Assembly (NCBI GenBank): GCA_965202585.1
Contig: OZ241833.1
Span: 3,658,001 to 3,722,000, forward strand
DNA: 64,000 nucleotides
From: Thalia democratica
Lineage: Eukaryota
Direction: 5' to 3'
The position numbers and the translations under genes were made by a program. Shown here one piece after another: positions 13,737 through 26,389 of this stretch (positions within the stretch are counted from its first letter, which is position 1; the number at the start of each line of letters is the position of its first letter). Below the pieces are notes generated by a model, which searched no databases, was not told where the DNA came from, and worked only from the letters and a program-made list of their open reading frames with translations.

Positions 13737-14141
13737 AAGTTGAAGAAACCGATAATCCTCACCGAGTTCGGAGCCGGATCCGTCTCAGGGTTCCACGCAA
13801 GCCCGCCACTCATGTACAGCGAGGACTACCAACACGAGCTGATCCAGCAACACTTCGGCGTGTTCAAGCGACTGTGCACACTCCAACACCCCTACCTCAC
13901 CGGATCCATGGTGTGGAACTTCGCCGACTTCCACACCGCCCAAGGACCCAAGAGGGCGCAGGGCAACCGCAAGGGGCTGTTTACCAGGGACAGGCAGCCG
14001 AAAAGGTCAGTGCACTTGGTCAGGAAGCAGTACTTGGAGTGGAGGAATCAGTCCATTTGGGAGAAAACTACAGACGAGACTGATGATAAAAACTTCAATT
14101 TGAAATACGAATTCGAGCGTGAAGTTTCTGTTATCAACTAA
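13737..14141 (+). CDS. GUSB: Beta-glucuronidase terminal exon, copy 2
   Basis: KPIILTEFGA, NRKGLFTR, stop; paralog of 3844-4248. Confidence 0.9.
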   Translation, partial: KLKKPIILTEFGAGSVSGFHASPPLMYSEDYQHELIQQHFGVFKRLCTLQHPYLTGSMVWNFADFHTAQGPKRAQGNRKGLFTRDRQPKRSVHLVRKQYLEWRNQSIWEKTTDETDDKNFNLKYEFEREVSVIN

Positions 14142-16701
14142 CTTTTACTTTAAATATTAAATAATTTTGTTTTTGAATTGTTAATCATATCTAATAACAA
14201 CTTAAAAAATTTTATACAGTCATTTTTTAGATTTTTTTTTATTACCTTATGTATTTTCTTAAAAATGCTGAAATAAAGTCCACCGTGTTATATGATTTTA
14301 AGTTTACAATTTTCTGTTGTCACTGTTTTTTTCTATCATTTTGAATAACCTTCTGTAATAACATTTTAAAATGATTAAAACTTCCTAGGTTGTTTTATGT
14401 AATTGATTTATTGTAAACTAGTTTTATAGTTTTTTATTTAAAACTAAATAAGCTTCGTAAAAGTTTTAAAGGTTTTTTTTTCTGTGAATAATTATAAAAA
14501 CGACTGAAATAAAAGTGACATTTTGTATTATTCAAATCATTTTTGTTACGAAACTTAATAATAAAAGTCACTTATCGCTTCATTAACTTAATTAAGTTTT
14601 ATCTTTTGTTTCGATTAAACAGACAGTACTACTAATTATGATACTGAAAATTTTACTAAAAAAGTTGACCCGTTACTTTTAAATGGGTGGCAACCCTAAT
14701 ACAAATAAACTAAATTTATAATAATTTTTTTACGTAATTTTTACTTTAAACTTAAAACTATTTTTTTTTAAATCAAAATAACATTCAAAAATCCGAGTAA
14801 GGACTTAGTTTAAACAAGTCTGAGGCCTTAAAATTTCACTTATTTTTTATATTTTTTTAGCTCTTAGTTTAAACTAAATTACTTTAAATAAAAAAAGTAA
14901 AATAAAATCACTATTTTTGGAAAATCGAAAAGCTGTACAATAATTAATTAGTAGTATTCCCGGATGAGTAATACTCGTCTTTATAAAAATTATTCGATTT
15001 TATCCACTTTTAGTGTTAGTTTATTTGTCACTAAAACTTTTGGATGGAGATAATACAAGTTTAAACTTTTCTTAACGAAGATTTTAAATTGTATATCTAA
15101 GGGTTCACAGTTTATCCATAACTGGAGAAAAATGCTTTAAATTTTTTTCTTAAGAATTTAAGATCAAAAGAACCAGCTTTAAAGGAATTTAGGTTTGTTG
15201 CTTCAATTTGTCTATTACGTTAAGTAAACTTTTATGAGGCCGTTTGAGGATTGCTTAAATGAAGTTTTGAAAGTAATCAAAAGTTAACCGTGTGAAAAAT
15301 AAAAGATTATTAACAACCTTAATTTTTAAATGTTTAAACTTGTTTTAAATGGTTTAGAAAATTATATTTTAATTCTTTTTTAATAAATTGTTAGTTAAAA
15401 AGATACACTTTTAGCTCTTTTTTTTTTTAAACTACAAATGAATAAACTTATGTATATTTAGCACATTTTTCAGTCTCTTACTTGCCAAACTTTTGAACAT
15501 TAAAAAACAATAGAATGTTTGAAATAAAACTGAGGATAATTTAATAAACCAAAATAACTTATAAGTTTTGTAGGTAATTATAAAATAACAGACAACTATC
15601 ACCAGTTACTGTTTTTTTTGCAACTATGTTTTTCTGATATACTTATAGCCGGTTTACGGCAACCATATATTAATAGTTTTAATTTTATATAAAACATTTC
15701 ATAATTCATCCACTAAAAAAAAACTCGCATCTACTAAACGTCAAAATCAAAAAAAAATAGTTGAAATAAAAAGTGAATTTGTTTTATATTTAAGTAAACT
15801 TTAAAAGAATAATTTTCGTAAGAAAAAAAAACGCATAAAGCAAAAACTTTTTAGAAAGCAACTACTTTTGATAACTTTGTCCTATATTTTTTGTTTAAAT
15901 CAATTGATTTAGGTTTTGGCTGCATTAAAACTGTGTTTTAGAATTTATAAATATTGTTTTTTAATAGTTTCCTTTTTCTAGTTCCGCGCAATTTGCTTCA
16001 TGTTCAGTTAGTGTAATAAATTTAATCAATAAAATGAACAAAAGTTTTCAAATACAAACTATTCATTAATCTACAAATTAATCAAACAATCATTCTATTT
16101 TCATTATTGTACCTTGAGTATAGTCTGCATGATTTATTAAGTTAGTACTGAATAAAAAACATAAGTTTATTAATACAGTAAAACACCAAAATGTTCTTAA
16201 TTTCAGACACATTAATCATTTATATACAAACGTTAGCCTGTAAATGGATATTTATTTTTTGCTTGACTTTTACTTCTTCTGAAAATTATAAGTGATATAA
16301 GATAGGTATAAAAAAAAATTTAAGTATTGGTACATTTTGATTCAGTATTTATTTTTCAAAATTTATTACCTTAAGGTAATGCATTCTAAAATAGATATCA
16401 AAATGTTATGAATAAAAACTGAAGTTTTGAAAACTGTTAGTTTTTCACATAATTTTCAAAAATAACTGCTATACCACACTTTTTTGATATAACATGATAG
16501 TTGTTTGATAGACAAACTTATAAACTAAAAAAAAATGTTATTGTATGAGGTATTTGTCATATTTAACTTAAAGTACAAAAAAGCTTATCTACGCTGAAAA
16601 TTAACACATTTCTATGAATACAAGTATTTTGATGATCTAAATGATGTAATAGTGTTCAATACATTTTATAACTTTACAGCGTTAGTTTATTACCTCACAT
16701 T

Positions 16702-17205
16702 ATGGATGTCAGATTGCAGATTGATTGCACCGTAGTTGCTAAGAAGGTTGACGGATCTGATTACGTATTTCATGGAAGTCGTTCGGTCCACACCAAGTCT
16801 GATCAGCAAAAATGGGATCATTTGAAAAATAAATTAGTGGGTGAAGAATGCAAAAGAATTTTGAAAAAAATCATCAAAAAGTCTGATTCTAAATACAAAG
16901 ATTATTCCAAGAAAATGACTGAAGATGGATACACACATCACTGCATGGAAATGGGAGGTGGTTTTGTTCAACTCAAAGATAAAACTTTGCGCGGATCTTT
17001 GGGCAATTTAATCAACATGTTCTCAGTTGCTTGTCCGAAAGAAAAGGTGGCGAATATTTTTGTCAAATTGATATTCGATAACACAGAGATTCCTTCAACT
17101 GACAATGTTTCACTAACTGTCAATATGTCACCAACCGTCAATGTTTCATCATCTGACCATGTTACATCAACTGTCAATGTTACATCAACTGACAAAACGT
17201 CATAA
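16702..17205 (+). CDS. Hypothetical 167-aa protein
   Basis: ATG-to-TAA ORF, more GC-rich than its flanks, with an upstream TTTACAG acceptor-like site at 16680 and AATAAA near 17379. No motif recognised; S/T-rich TVNV repeats at the C-terminus. Confidence 0.55.
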   Translation: MDVRLQIDCTVVAKKVDGSDYVFHGSRSVHTKSDQQKWDHLKNKLVGEECKRILKKIIKKSDSKYKDYSKKMTEDGYTHHCMEMGGGFVQLKDKTLRGSLGNLINMFSVACPKEKVANIFVKLIFDNTEIPSTDNVSLTVNMSPTVNVSSSDHVTSTVNVTSTDKTS

Positions 17206-19667
17206 ATTGTTAATATGTCATTGTCACTTGCCAACATGTCATCGATGTATTCAAAAGCTAATCAATTCCTTTTTTTTTTCTGTGATACAACTTGAGTTAT
17301 TTTAATAATTTTCGATCTTTAAGTTTTTTTTGAAAGTCTGAGTTGTATGTTAAATATTATCTAATGTGTTCATATGCTAATAAACACGCAACTTGAATTG
17401 CTATGTGTTATTATCTGGACTAAATAGTTTTTTTTATCTAACCAAAATTGTACATGTAGTTCTAAGAACAGAAAATAAAAATAAGTTTTGAGGTTATATA
17501 AATTTAAAGCTTGCTTAATACTTTTTTATTTTTTAGCAAGATAAGCGTAAGTTTTTAACAGCAGTTAGTTATAAGACTTAGTCTGTATGTTATCAAATAT
17601 ATTGGGTAGGAAATGTGATTAAATGTCTTTATTTCATATTCAAAGGGAGTAATTGTATTTTTGAAACACCATATTATGTTTTCAAATTTCACAAATAGTT
17701 AACACCTAATATTTAGAACATCAAATTAGTTATAAGGGAAAATATAAATTTTTGTTTAGAAATTGAAATTAGATCATTTAATAAAATTTAAACTATTTCG
17801 TAAATGACAAACATAGTAAAGGCATCTTTTATATATAATAAGATACTAAAATACTCTTACAACGAAAATAAACTATTAGAAAATTTAAACTGTTTTCGGA
17901 AACTTAGAATTAAAACGCCTTTCAATATTTTAAAACTTGTATCAGAAAATTACCAAATTCACTGATTAAATTTATTTTAACTTAAAGCATTATAACCGGT
18001 TTCAAATTTTATTTTGCAAATTTACAAGTTCGCCGGTCGTATTTCATTTAAATTAAGAACATGCCTGCGGACAATTAAATAAAATTGATAACAAGTTTCA
18101 TATACTAGGTTCGTCAATTTAGTTTTTCTATAAGTTAACTTTGATAAATTATCTCATCCTACGTTTTAACAGTTTTAAATTTTTATTATGTCAAGAATTT
18201 ATGTCTTAATGTTTTATAAAATGTTAATTTAAAGTTTGTATTTGTTGCATATAAAATATATATTTAAAAATAATAAACCGTGAACTTATTACTGCATATA
18301 AAAAGATAGTGAAGTAGAAGATAAGCTGCTTAACTTAACTAAACTGATGGTACTATAAAACTTATTTAAGGCTTAAAAATGAACAAATTTCTCAAAGTTT
18401 AAACGCATCAAAACTTATATTTACGAACTAAAAAATCTTAATATCCTTTTTCATACCAATATATACTTTTTTTTAAACAGAAATATTTTTTAATTATATT
18501 AGCTAAAAAGATTTTAATACAATAACACCATTGTACAAGTTTTATTACTTTATTATGGTAAGGTATGCACATTTCATTGCTTTTTAGGTGAATTTACTAA
18601 TAGTTGTGTAAAAATAGCTAAACTAAAACAAGGTTCAAACTACACTCTATTTATTTTTTGCATTCATATTATCAAAAAGAATTGACTTGCTTTAAATAAT
18701 TTATCTTTGTTTTTAAAAGTTACTTAGCACAGGTAAAGAGTAGTATGCTTTCAACAAGATTATTTTTAATTATTCTTTTATGAACAAATCAATTATAAAA
18801 AACAACAAAAAAAAAAGTCCTATCGAAAGCAAATTTTAGCACCTGCAAAAAAATTGTAGTCAGCGTTTTTTATAAATATAGCGTTTATGTAAAACTTTTT
18901 GTTTTCTTTCTTTTCAAAATTTCTTGTTTAGCGTGTTATGTGCTAAACACGTTGTATTTAAAATCTAAATTTATACTTTATTAGCTTTTTACAAACCGAT
19001 AAAATGTTTTTATCAGTTTTCTGAAAACCAGAAAACAAAATAATGTCTATTCAGAGTAGTTACTGAAGAAAACTTATAAACTCATTTAATAAACTTTGCA
19101 GCACAATTGCCACAATAACCCAAGGAAAAGAGCCAAATAAATAAGAGAATAAGTCTTGTTAGTTGTTATGATTGTTATACATGTGATATTTTTCATTGCG
19201 AGCCTGCTCTGCAGAATAAATCATCTTAACGTATAACTTAATACTCTAGATATAAAATATTAGATACTTATTAACAAATTTATACTCCCCATCTAAATTT
19301 CAACAAAGATTTCATTAAAAGAACTTTTCTCGACCTAGCTAAACTTTTTTAATTCCTTCTTTAAATTATATTATTATAGAATAAGATGACAATGTTAAAT
19401 GAACTTTTCTTGACCTACGTTTTTCATACTTTTAAACTCTGTAGTCCAATAGTTTGTACACTTGGTTTAATATCTTTAATTAAAACAAAAATTAAACGAG
19501 TATTTTTTAAAGTATAATGATAAAACACATAATTATTATTTATAAACTCGTTCTTTTTAAATTTATCGTGTTTTAGAATTAAATAAAACAAGTTTTGTAA
19601 ACAGAACTGCATTTATGTATAAGTTTAGTTATTTAAAAAGGACATAATATTTAGACACCATGATAAC

Positions 19668-20082
19668 TAGTGATCTACCGGATCCAGAACCCTGACCCGG
19701 CCTTGTTTAATTTAAATCCGGTTTTCGCTAGAAAAAAACTTCTGTGATGCGAAATACCTTTTAGCTCCAAAACAAATGACATTGAACTTTTTATAACAAA
19801 TGTGGATATTTAATGTGTTTTTAGTTATATTCTCCGTACACAGTAATATTTTAGGTTAGCGAATTAACACAAATGTATAACGTTACTTGACCCACAAAAA
19901 TTTATTTCTAGTACGTTCAGACTGTAAGGTTTTTATTGTAGATCTTTCTAATACACTTTATAAGTTTTTCAAAGTTAGGATAAAGGAAGAAATTTTTTGT
20001 TTTAAGTCAGGATCCTGATTCTTTTTGTAAAAACAAATCCAGATTCGGCCGGATCATAACTTGTGGATCCAGAGAATCACTA
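19668..20082. mobile_element. Possible hAT-like MITE
   Basis: TAGTGAT...ATCACTA termini with subterminal GGATCC/CCGG repeats at both ends. No clean TSD. Confidence 0.4.
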
Positions 20083-22519
20083 ATTTAACGTACTAACAAT
20101 TTATTTATACTAACCACAAAAACACCTATTATTTAAATTTTAAAAATATTTTCACTTACTATAAAACGTATACTTAGTTAATTCTACAAATTTTGAAGTT
20201 TGATAAGAAATTGTTTTAGTTATTAACTGTAAACTAGTTTTATTATAAGTGTCACATATTTTGAAAACAGCTTCAGTTAAAAGTTGCGGAATTGTGTTTG
20301 GCTTTAGAAACCGAAGTGATTTGTTTCTTAAAAGTTAAACTTTCAATTATTGCTATCTAAATTTTATCCAATAATGAATTGTCCTAATTCAGTTTGTCTG
20401 TAACATTCATATATTTAAGAAACATATGACTTTTGTTTTAATACAATGCATCTGGAGTTAGGCACAAGCGTTGGAAAAAAGTTATAACCTTTTATTACAG
20501 TTAAAAAATAATAAATAAATCTTAATAATCTGTAAAATACAAGTAGTTTAAATTATTTAATTGTCGAATTCAAATCAAGTTCAGATTTTCTCAAGTGGGG
20601 AAAAACTCAATCCTTTACTACCAATTGTTATGCGATTTCATATGCTTTCAAAAACAACTACTAACTGAAATTGTTTGAATAATCTAATTCAGATTCTAAA
20701 AAAAAATACCAATTAAAATAACCTTCTTTATTCTTGTCAATTATCATTATTAATGAGAAATTTAAGACACGCTTTGAAACAACAATTTGTGTTCAAACCT
20801 TCTACCCAAATGAGTTAAGCTAAAAGCTAAGGCTTAGCATTCTACAAAACAATCTAAATAATTTTTTGTTGTTGTAGTTTTAAACCAATTAATTTTAATT
20901 TAAAAGAAAAACAACTAACAATTTAAACGAGCATTTATTGATTACATTACACAATTAGTGACATAGCATGATCAGTTAACTTTAATTCATTCCCACCCAG
21001 TGATCACGTGTGCTGCGCTCTTCAACAATTGGAAAGTTTTATGATGATTGTTAATCTGTAAATTATGACAATACTTTAAAAAAAACCTACTTAAGTCAAT
21101 TTATTTCGTTTTGTTTATTTTATCAACTGAAACCAACTTAGCATATTTTAAACAAAATAGACTTATAAAGACTTCTTAAGTAAAATTATTACGAATAAAA
21201 AGTACACGTTTACAATTACTATTACGACAATAAATTATATCTAAACCCAAGTAAAAGTCGCAAAAGATTTGTTTAATTTAATTCCAATAGTGTTTCATGT
21301 AAAATTGTATAAAGCTAAACATTTAACAGAAGGAGACTTAAAGATTGTTGTTATTAAAAATACATCTAAAATATCAAAGTAAAAAACTGTACATGTTATA
21401 GGAATTAAAATATAACACTTAACTTTTTTTCATATATTGTACAGTAAACATATATTTCATACTTAACCCAACTATAAAACTGATAAAACATTTGTTTTTA
21501 CTTATTTGTGACAATAATTTTAGACAATATATATACGAAATTTTCGTGGTGAAAATTTGCATAATACTACAGAGAGCCAAAAGAAATAGTATTGATAAAA
21601 ACTTACATAAAATTGACGGATTATTTTGTACAGAATTAAGTTACATTGGCTTAAATTAATCATTTATATCTATTTAAATATATTTCTATAATCAAGTTAA
21701 ACACAAAACTTACTTAAATTACATTCTAAGGTGAAAGTAGGAAATGTATCAAGTTATAGTTCTTAAATTAAGTTTTAGAAAAAGCAATAAGTTTACAACT
21801 TAGTTCATATCAATACTTAAATATTGATTCTATACAACTTTATTTAAATGAAAGAAAAGTTTAAACATTTTATCTACCGAACTGTTCAAAATTATCAAGA
21901 GAGTACAATGAAATCTCATTTCGTTAATAGGACACATTTTCAGCTTTGCAATTACTTTGTTTTGTAATGTAAAATCACTTATTGATTTAGTTATAAAACA
22001 AGAGTTAACTAAATAAATAGTTCATAAAAATCAAATCTTGGTAATTTAAACAAGTTTCAAACCTTGTTAATAACACGTTCCAAAGTATTTAAGCTTCTTA
22101 CTTCAAAAATATCCAGTATTCACACCTGAATTGTTGTTTGTAGTTCAAGTATATTTGTAATTAAAATTATCAAAAAACTTTTAAATAGATGGAAGTATTT
22201 TTAGAAAAGGTATATTTGTAAATAGAATTTATTCATTGTATAGTTGTGTTTATAAGTAAAAAATTACTTAATATTTTTCAAACAACGTTCATTGTTCATT
22301 GCATGTAGAGTTTGTTAACTAATTTAAAAAATAGGTTTGGTATCAAGACAAAATTAGTATTCATAAGAAATTTAAGATTTGTAGTATTTACATAATAATA
22401 CCGTGTGCACATAATTTTATTATCATCTACTTTGCATGGTTGTGAAAAGTTTAAGAAAAAAAATAGTTTTTATAACACCTACATTGCTTATAGATGAAGT
22501 AAATTTGTTGATTTACATT

Positions 22520-22830
22520 TCAGGATATCCACGCAAGATGTGCGGAGTCATAGTTGTTTGGAATCATGTGTTGGCTTCACTAACTATTTTTTAACAACAA
22601 GAAAAGCGGTGAACAGGTGGTGACGAGAAAGTGATCTTCCTCCAACCAACTAACAGACAATCTTTTGCTAAGAAATTTTAACCAATTTATAATAGTTAAT
22701 AAACGCACACGCAAGGACAAGAACGCTGTAAATAGCAATGCTGTTGAATGATGAAACGGCCTTGGTTATCTGGCTTACACGGATGATCTAATAGTTTTTA
22801 ACCAGCTCGCTCAGTAGCTTGGCGTAGAAA
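22520..22830 (+). pseudogene. Degenerate non-LTR reverse transcriptase fragment
   Basis: GYPRKMCGVI upstream of GYLAYTDDLIVF (YxDD motif); many stops. Confidence 0.6.
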
Positions 22831-23399
22831 GATTGAAAGGACTACTAAATGAAAAGAAAAGTTTCTCCTTGCGAACAGCAGCTCTGCTTCAAGATGCGTG
22901 ATCAGAGGAAAGGAGATTAAGATGATAAGGAAGGTCCATATAACTATCTTGGTGTTGATGTAAAATAAACAAACAGTATAACTCTTCAAGGGAGAGATGA
23001 GCACATCTCAGCCATACTGTAAGCGCCACGGGTGATCTTGACAGGAGCAGAATAAATATTGCTAAAATACGAACAAAGAGTGGTCGCAGTGATTGGCTTG
23101 AACAAAAAAACTAAATTTGTATTTTACGTATTGTAAGAAAAACGTTTGGAGATAAAAACTAAATGAAGCACTATAGCGGTGACAGCAGACTGGGAAGAGT
23201 TTATGTTTACAAGAATGGCGCACGTGCTGATTTATAATCAGAGAATAATTTGAGTAAACTTTTTCAGGAAACAAAAACGATTTGAAAATCAGGTTTGAAG
23301 GTGAAAAGAAGTTTCCTGTAGAACCAGGTAATCGGAAATCCAATTAAATCTTTGAGAAACGACCAGAATACAAGCTTAATTCCATTCTCAATAAAAGAA

Positions 23400-23510
23400 A
23401 GCCCTTCATCACTTGAAAATGTTTTTAATAAACGAAAGTACTAGTGAAACAAAAGCGTGTATTTGTTCATTTTTTCAAAGACAGTAGAAGCAATATTGTA
23501 TTTTTTACAA
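23400..23510 (+). mobile_element. Penelope-like terminal-repeat fragment with hammerhead-like motif (23409-23447)
   Basis: Near-identical to 63440-63550, which lies at the 3' end of the GIY-YIG element. Confidence 0.65.
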
Positions 23511-23689
23511 TATTTTGTTGTTAGTAGCTTAAATAAATATTTCATTTTTAACGTTTTAGAATAGTTTGACGTTTACCTTTATTTAAATTTTCTTTGGATA
23601 TTCAAGTTTTAAGTTTTAGAAAAACTGTTCTGATGACAAACTTTTCTGTTAAATATTAATACGACAAGTTTACCTTTAAGATGATAGGG

Positions 23690-23995
23690 ATAACAGCACC
23701 ATTGACGAGATCTCTGGGGCCCTAAAAAGACTATCCTGACTATAACTGAAGGAAGCACATGTGCTTTTGAAAAAAGCTAAGTTTGAATACGAAGATCACA
23801 ACAAACCCCTAATATCGTCATTGGACGCCACTGAAACTAATGTTGGGGCGGCCCAAGAGCTGGAGAAAGAAGACGGGAAAGTCCTGTTATGCTATTGGAA
23901 TTTTCTCCTTTTCGAGAGAGCTATCTTGTATTCAAACTAAAGCTACGCTTGAAACAGGATTGAGCTGCTTTTAGTTTGGACGCGACTTACAGCCA
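23690..23995 (+). pseudogene. Ty3/gypsy RT-connection/RNase H relic
   Basis: ITAPLTR...DHNKPLISSLDATETNVGA...DGKVLLCY...ELLLVW resembles the gypsy RNase H pattern TDAS..GIGAVL...ELLAIVW. Confidence 0.6.
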
Positions 23996-25476
23996 TGGGT
24001 CGCATTTATTTCAGTACTGAAATTTCTTTATAAAAAATGATGTATTTCATGCGACTGTTTCCATCTTGACTTTTAAGTCAAAGTAGTTGATGTTGTGTAT
24101 TTTTTAGCAGTTTGTTATATTATGTCGCACTTTTATTCATTGTTAATGCACCTTTTAGTTTTTAGACTCTGTTTCATTATACAAGTAGTTGAGCATTCTA
24201 ACAATCTTACTACTTAACAATTAGTCTAAGTTCAAGTATTTAACTGCTTATAACCCTATCTTAATAAACAGCATCTTAGGTTTAATCAACACTTATAATA
24301 TATCAGAATGATAGTATAAGCTTAGTATACATTTGATAAATAGACTTTATTAATTAGAAAGTCATTCTAAACATTAGCTTAGATAGCTATCAACAATATT
24401 GTTATGATATCGCGTCAAGTCAGTAATTACCAGGCCCGCGTATATATTAACAATATTGTTAGATCGGTTCAGTCCCTCTTGCCTTTTTGAATGTGTGTGG
24501 CAGGAGTATAAGCCAAAAATAACATAATAATAACAAAAATTAAATCTGCATAGTAATAAGAAAAGTAGAATATTCTACAATTTGTATGTTTAGAAAAAAA
24601 TGTTTTTGCTCATTAGGTATTTTTCTTAAAGAAAGCATGAAAAAATTGCTGCTAAGCGAATTTAAAGACGAGAAGCAAACTAAAATATAAACCCTGTTTC
24701 ATTAAAAGTACAGTTTTTTAGAACTACATATTTATAAAAAAGTCTTGTGTTCATTAATAGCAGTTGAAGCAAGATTTTAATTTTAAACAGTTAAAGCAAG
24801 ATTTTTATTTAATTGTTTAGAGCGGGGTTTCGTCTTTTAAAAACTGGGTTTGCTTCTGTTCTGCTTAAAGTATACTAAAAGTTATGTAAGCTTAAATATG
24901 GCCAAAGTTGGCTTTTTTTAAGTTTAAAAAAGCCTCGAAAAATGCTTTTTTTAAAGTTTTTTCATTTCTTTGGTTTAATGTTAATTGAAAAAAGTCAAAA
25001 TTATTTGAATATTTAAATGTTAAGGTATATTATTTTTCATTTAAAAAATCTTCTATTCTCGCCGAAAATTCATTGATGATTTTCTGGCAATTTAGGGTAT
25101 TCTTCAGGGTTATTTTTCTCAATTTGCCACCGTAGAACCAACATAATTTTTTTTTAATAGTTTAGTAAAAATGACAAGGAATCTATATACAAATTTACAG
25201 ACAAATCTATCATGTGGAATATAACTATTTTTTTTAGGTTTTGACAAGCAATATTTCTGTTAAAAAAATTGATATAATATCCTATCCCTGGTTTTTCACT
25301 GTGACAAAAAAGACCATTTTGTATGTTATAGAAGGTTCTTAATGTGTATAGATTCACTTACTTTTGTTTACAGATCATTTAAGCTCTAAGAATGATGAGA
25401 ACAGTTAGTATTGGTCAAAACATGGTAGCTTAGTATATGTTTTAGTCATTGAAATAGTTTTTTTTTACTATTTTAG

Positions 25477-26109
25477 CAAATTAAAGGTTTTCTTGAAAAA
25501 CCGTATCCCACAGGCCATGGTGGAACTTCTACAACAGGTAGCGTAGTCAAAACTTTGCTTAACACCAATAATAGAACTCTGCTGACTAAGCATATTTCTG
25601 ATGTTAGTTTAAAAGAAAACATTAACAAAATTATTTTGTATGTTTCCATTATTTTATGGCCTATAAATTCTAACAGAAAAATTAATGTAGAGAAATACTC
25701 AGTTTTATTTCAAAAAACAATGATGCTGGTCATGTCGGTTAAATGGATTCGCTTTACACCAACTGCGCATACTGTTCTTGCACATAGTGCTGAACTAATT
25801 GAGCAAAACAATGGTAGAGGTTTGCTAAATTACACCAAAAGTGGATTGGAAGCTAACAACAAGTTTCTAAGACAGTACAGAATGAACTTTTCAAGGAAAA
25901 CTTCTCAGTATGAAAATTTAACAGACTGTTTAAATCGATTATGGGACTAGAATGACTACGATGTTAACAACACTTTAGACAGACTGAATTGCACTTATTG
26001 TAAAGAAGTCGGACATACTGCGCGAAGTTGTTTGCAGCTAAATGAAAAAATTTCATCATGTAGTTCAGAATGGGAAACGTTGTTACATATGCTTTGTACT
26101 ACTGAATAG
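25477..26109 (+). pseudogene. RAG1-like/Transib-superfamily transposase C-terminal region
   Basis: GHGGTSTTG, HTVLAHSAELIEQ, GLEANNKFLRQYRMNFSRK..YE...D.L..LW parallel RAG1 HKTLAHVPEIIER...GNESGNKLFRRFRKMNAR. In-frame TAG at 25948, then C-x2-C-x3-GH-x4-C at 25990-26031. Confidence 0.75.
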
Positions 26110-26389
26110 AGTGTTTTTTTATTTGAGAAACTTAATTTCAAAGAAGTTTTAAAAACTTACTGTTTGACTTATATTTTCTAGTAACTTTAAAGTGCTTTTT
26201 TTTAACACAGGCTAAATTATTTTGTTTTTTGCACTGTTTTGCAACGAATAAATGTTTTTATTGTTTAAAATGTTTACGGTTTTGTTCTTTTGATAAACTA
26301 GTACAAATGTAACACTATTAATAATACAAACTTTGATATACAAAGATCAGCCTTAAATTAAAAATAAACTGTATTTAGAGTATAGTTTC

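Larger units (their letters stand above)
10489..14630 (+). repeat. Segmental duplication copy 2
   Basis: Paralog of 1-4742, minus the 561 bp between the 37-bp repeats. Confidence 0.95.

Noticed and set aside
10094-14698. Pack-hAT element carrying GUSB copy 2 (CAGGGGTCGGCAA ... GGTGGCAACCCTA)
   Set aside because: The two ends are TIR-like but belong to different types, are not reverse complements and have no shared TSD.
25290-25311. RSS-like heptamer/nonamer near the RAG1-like gene (GGTTTTT-CACTGTG-ACAAAAA)
   Set aside because: There is no 12/23-type spacer and no partner at the other end; it is plausible by chance in AT-rich DNA.
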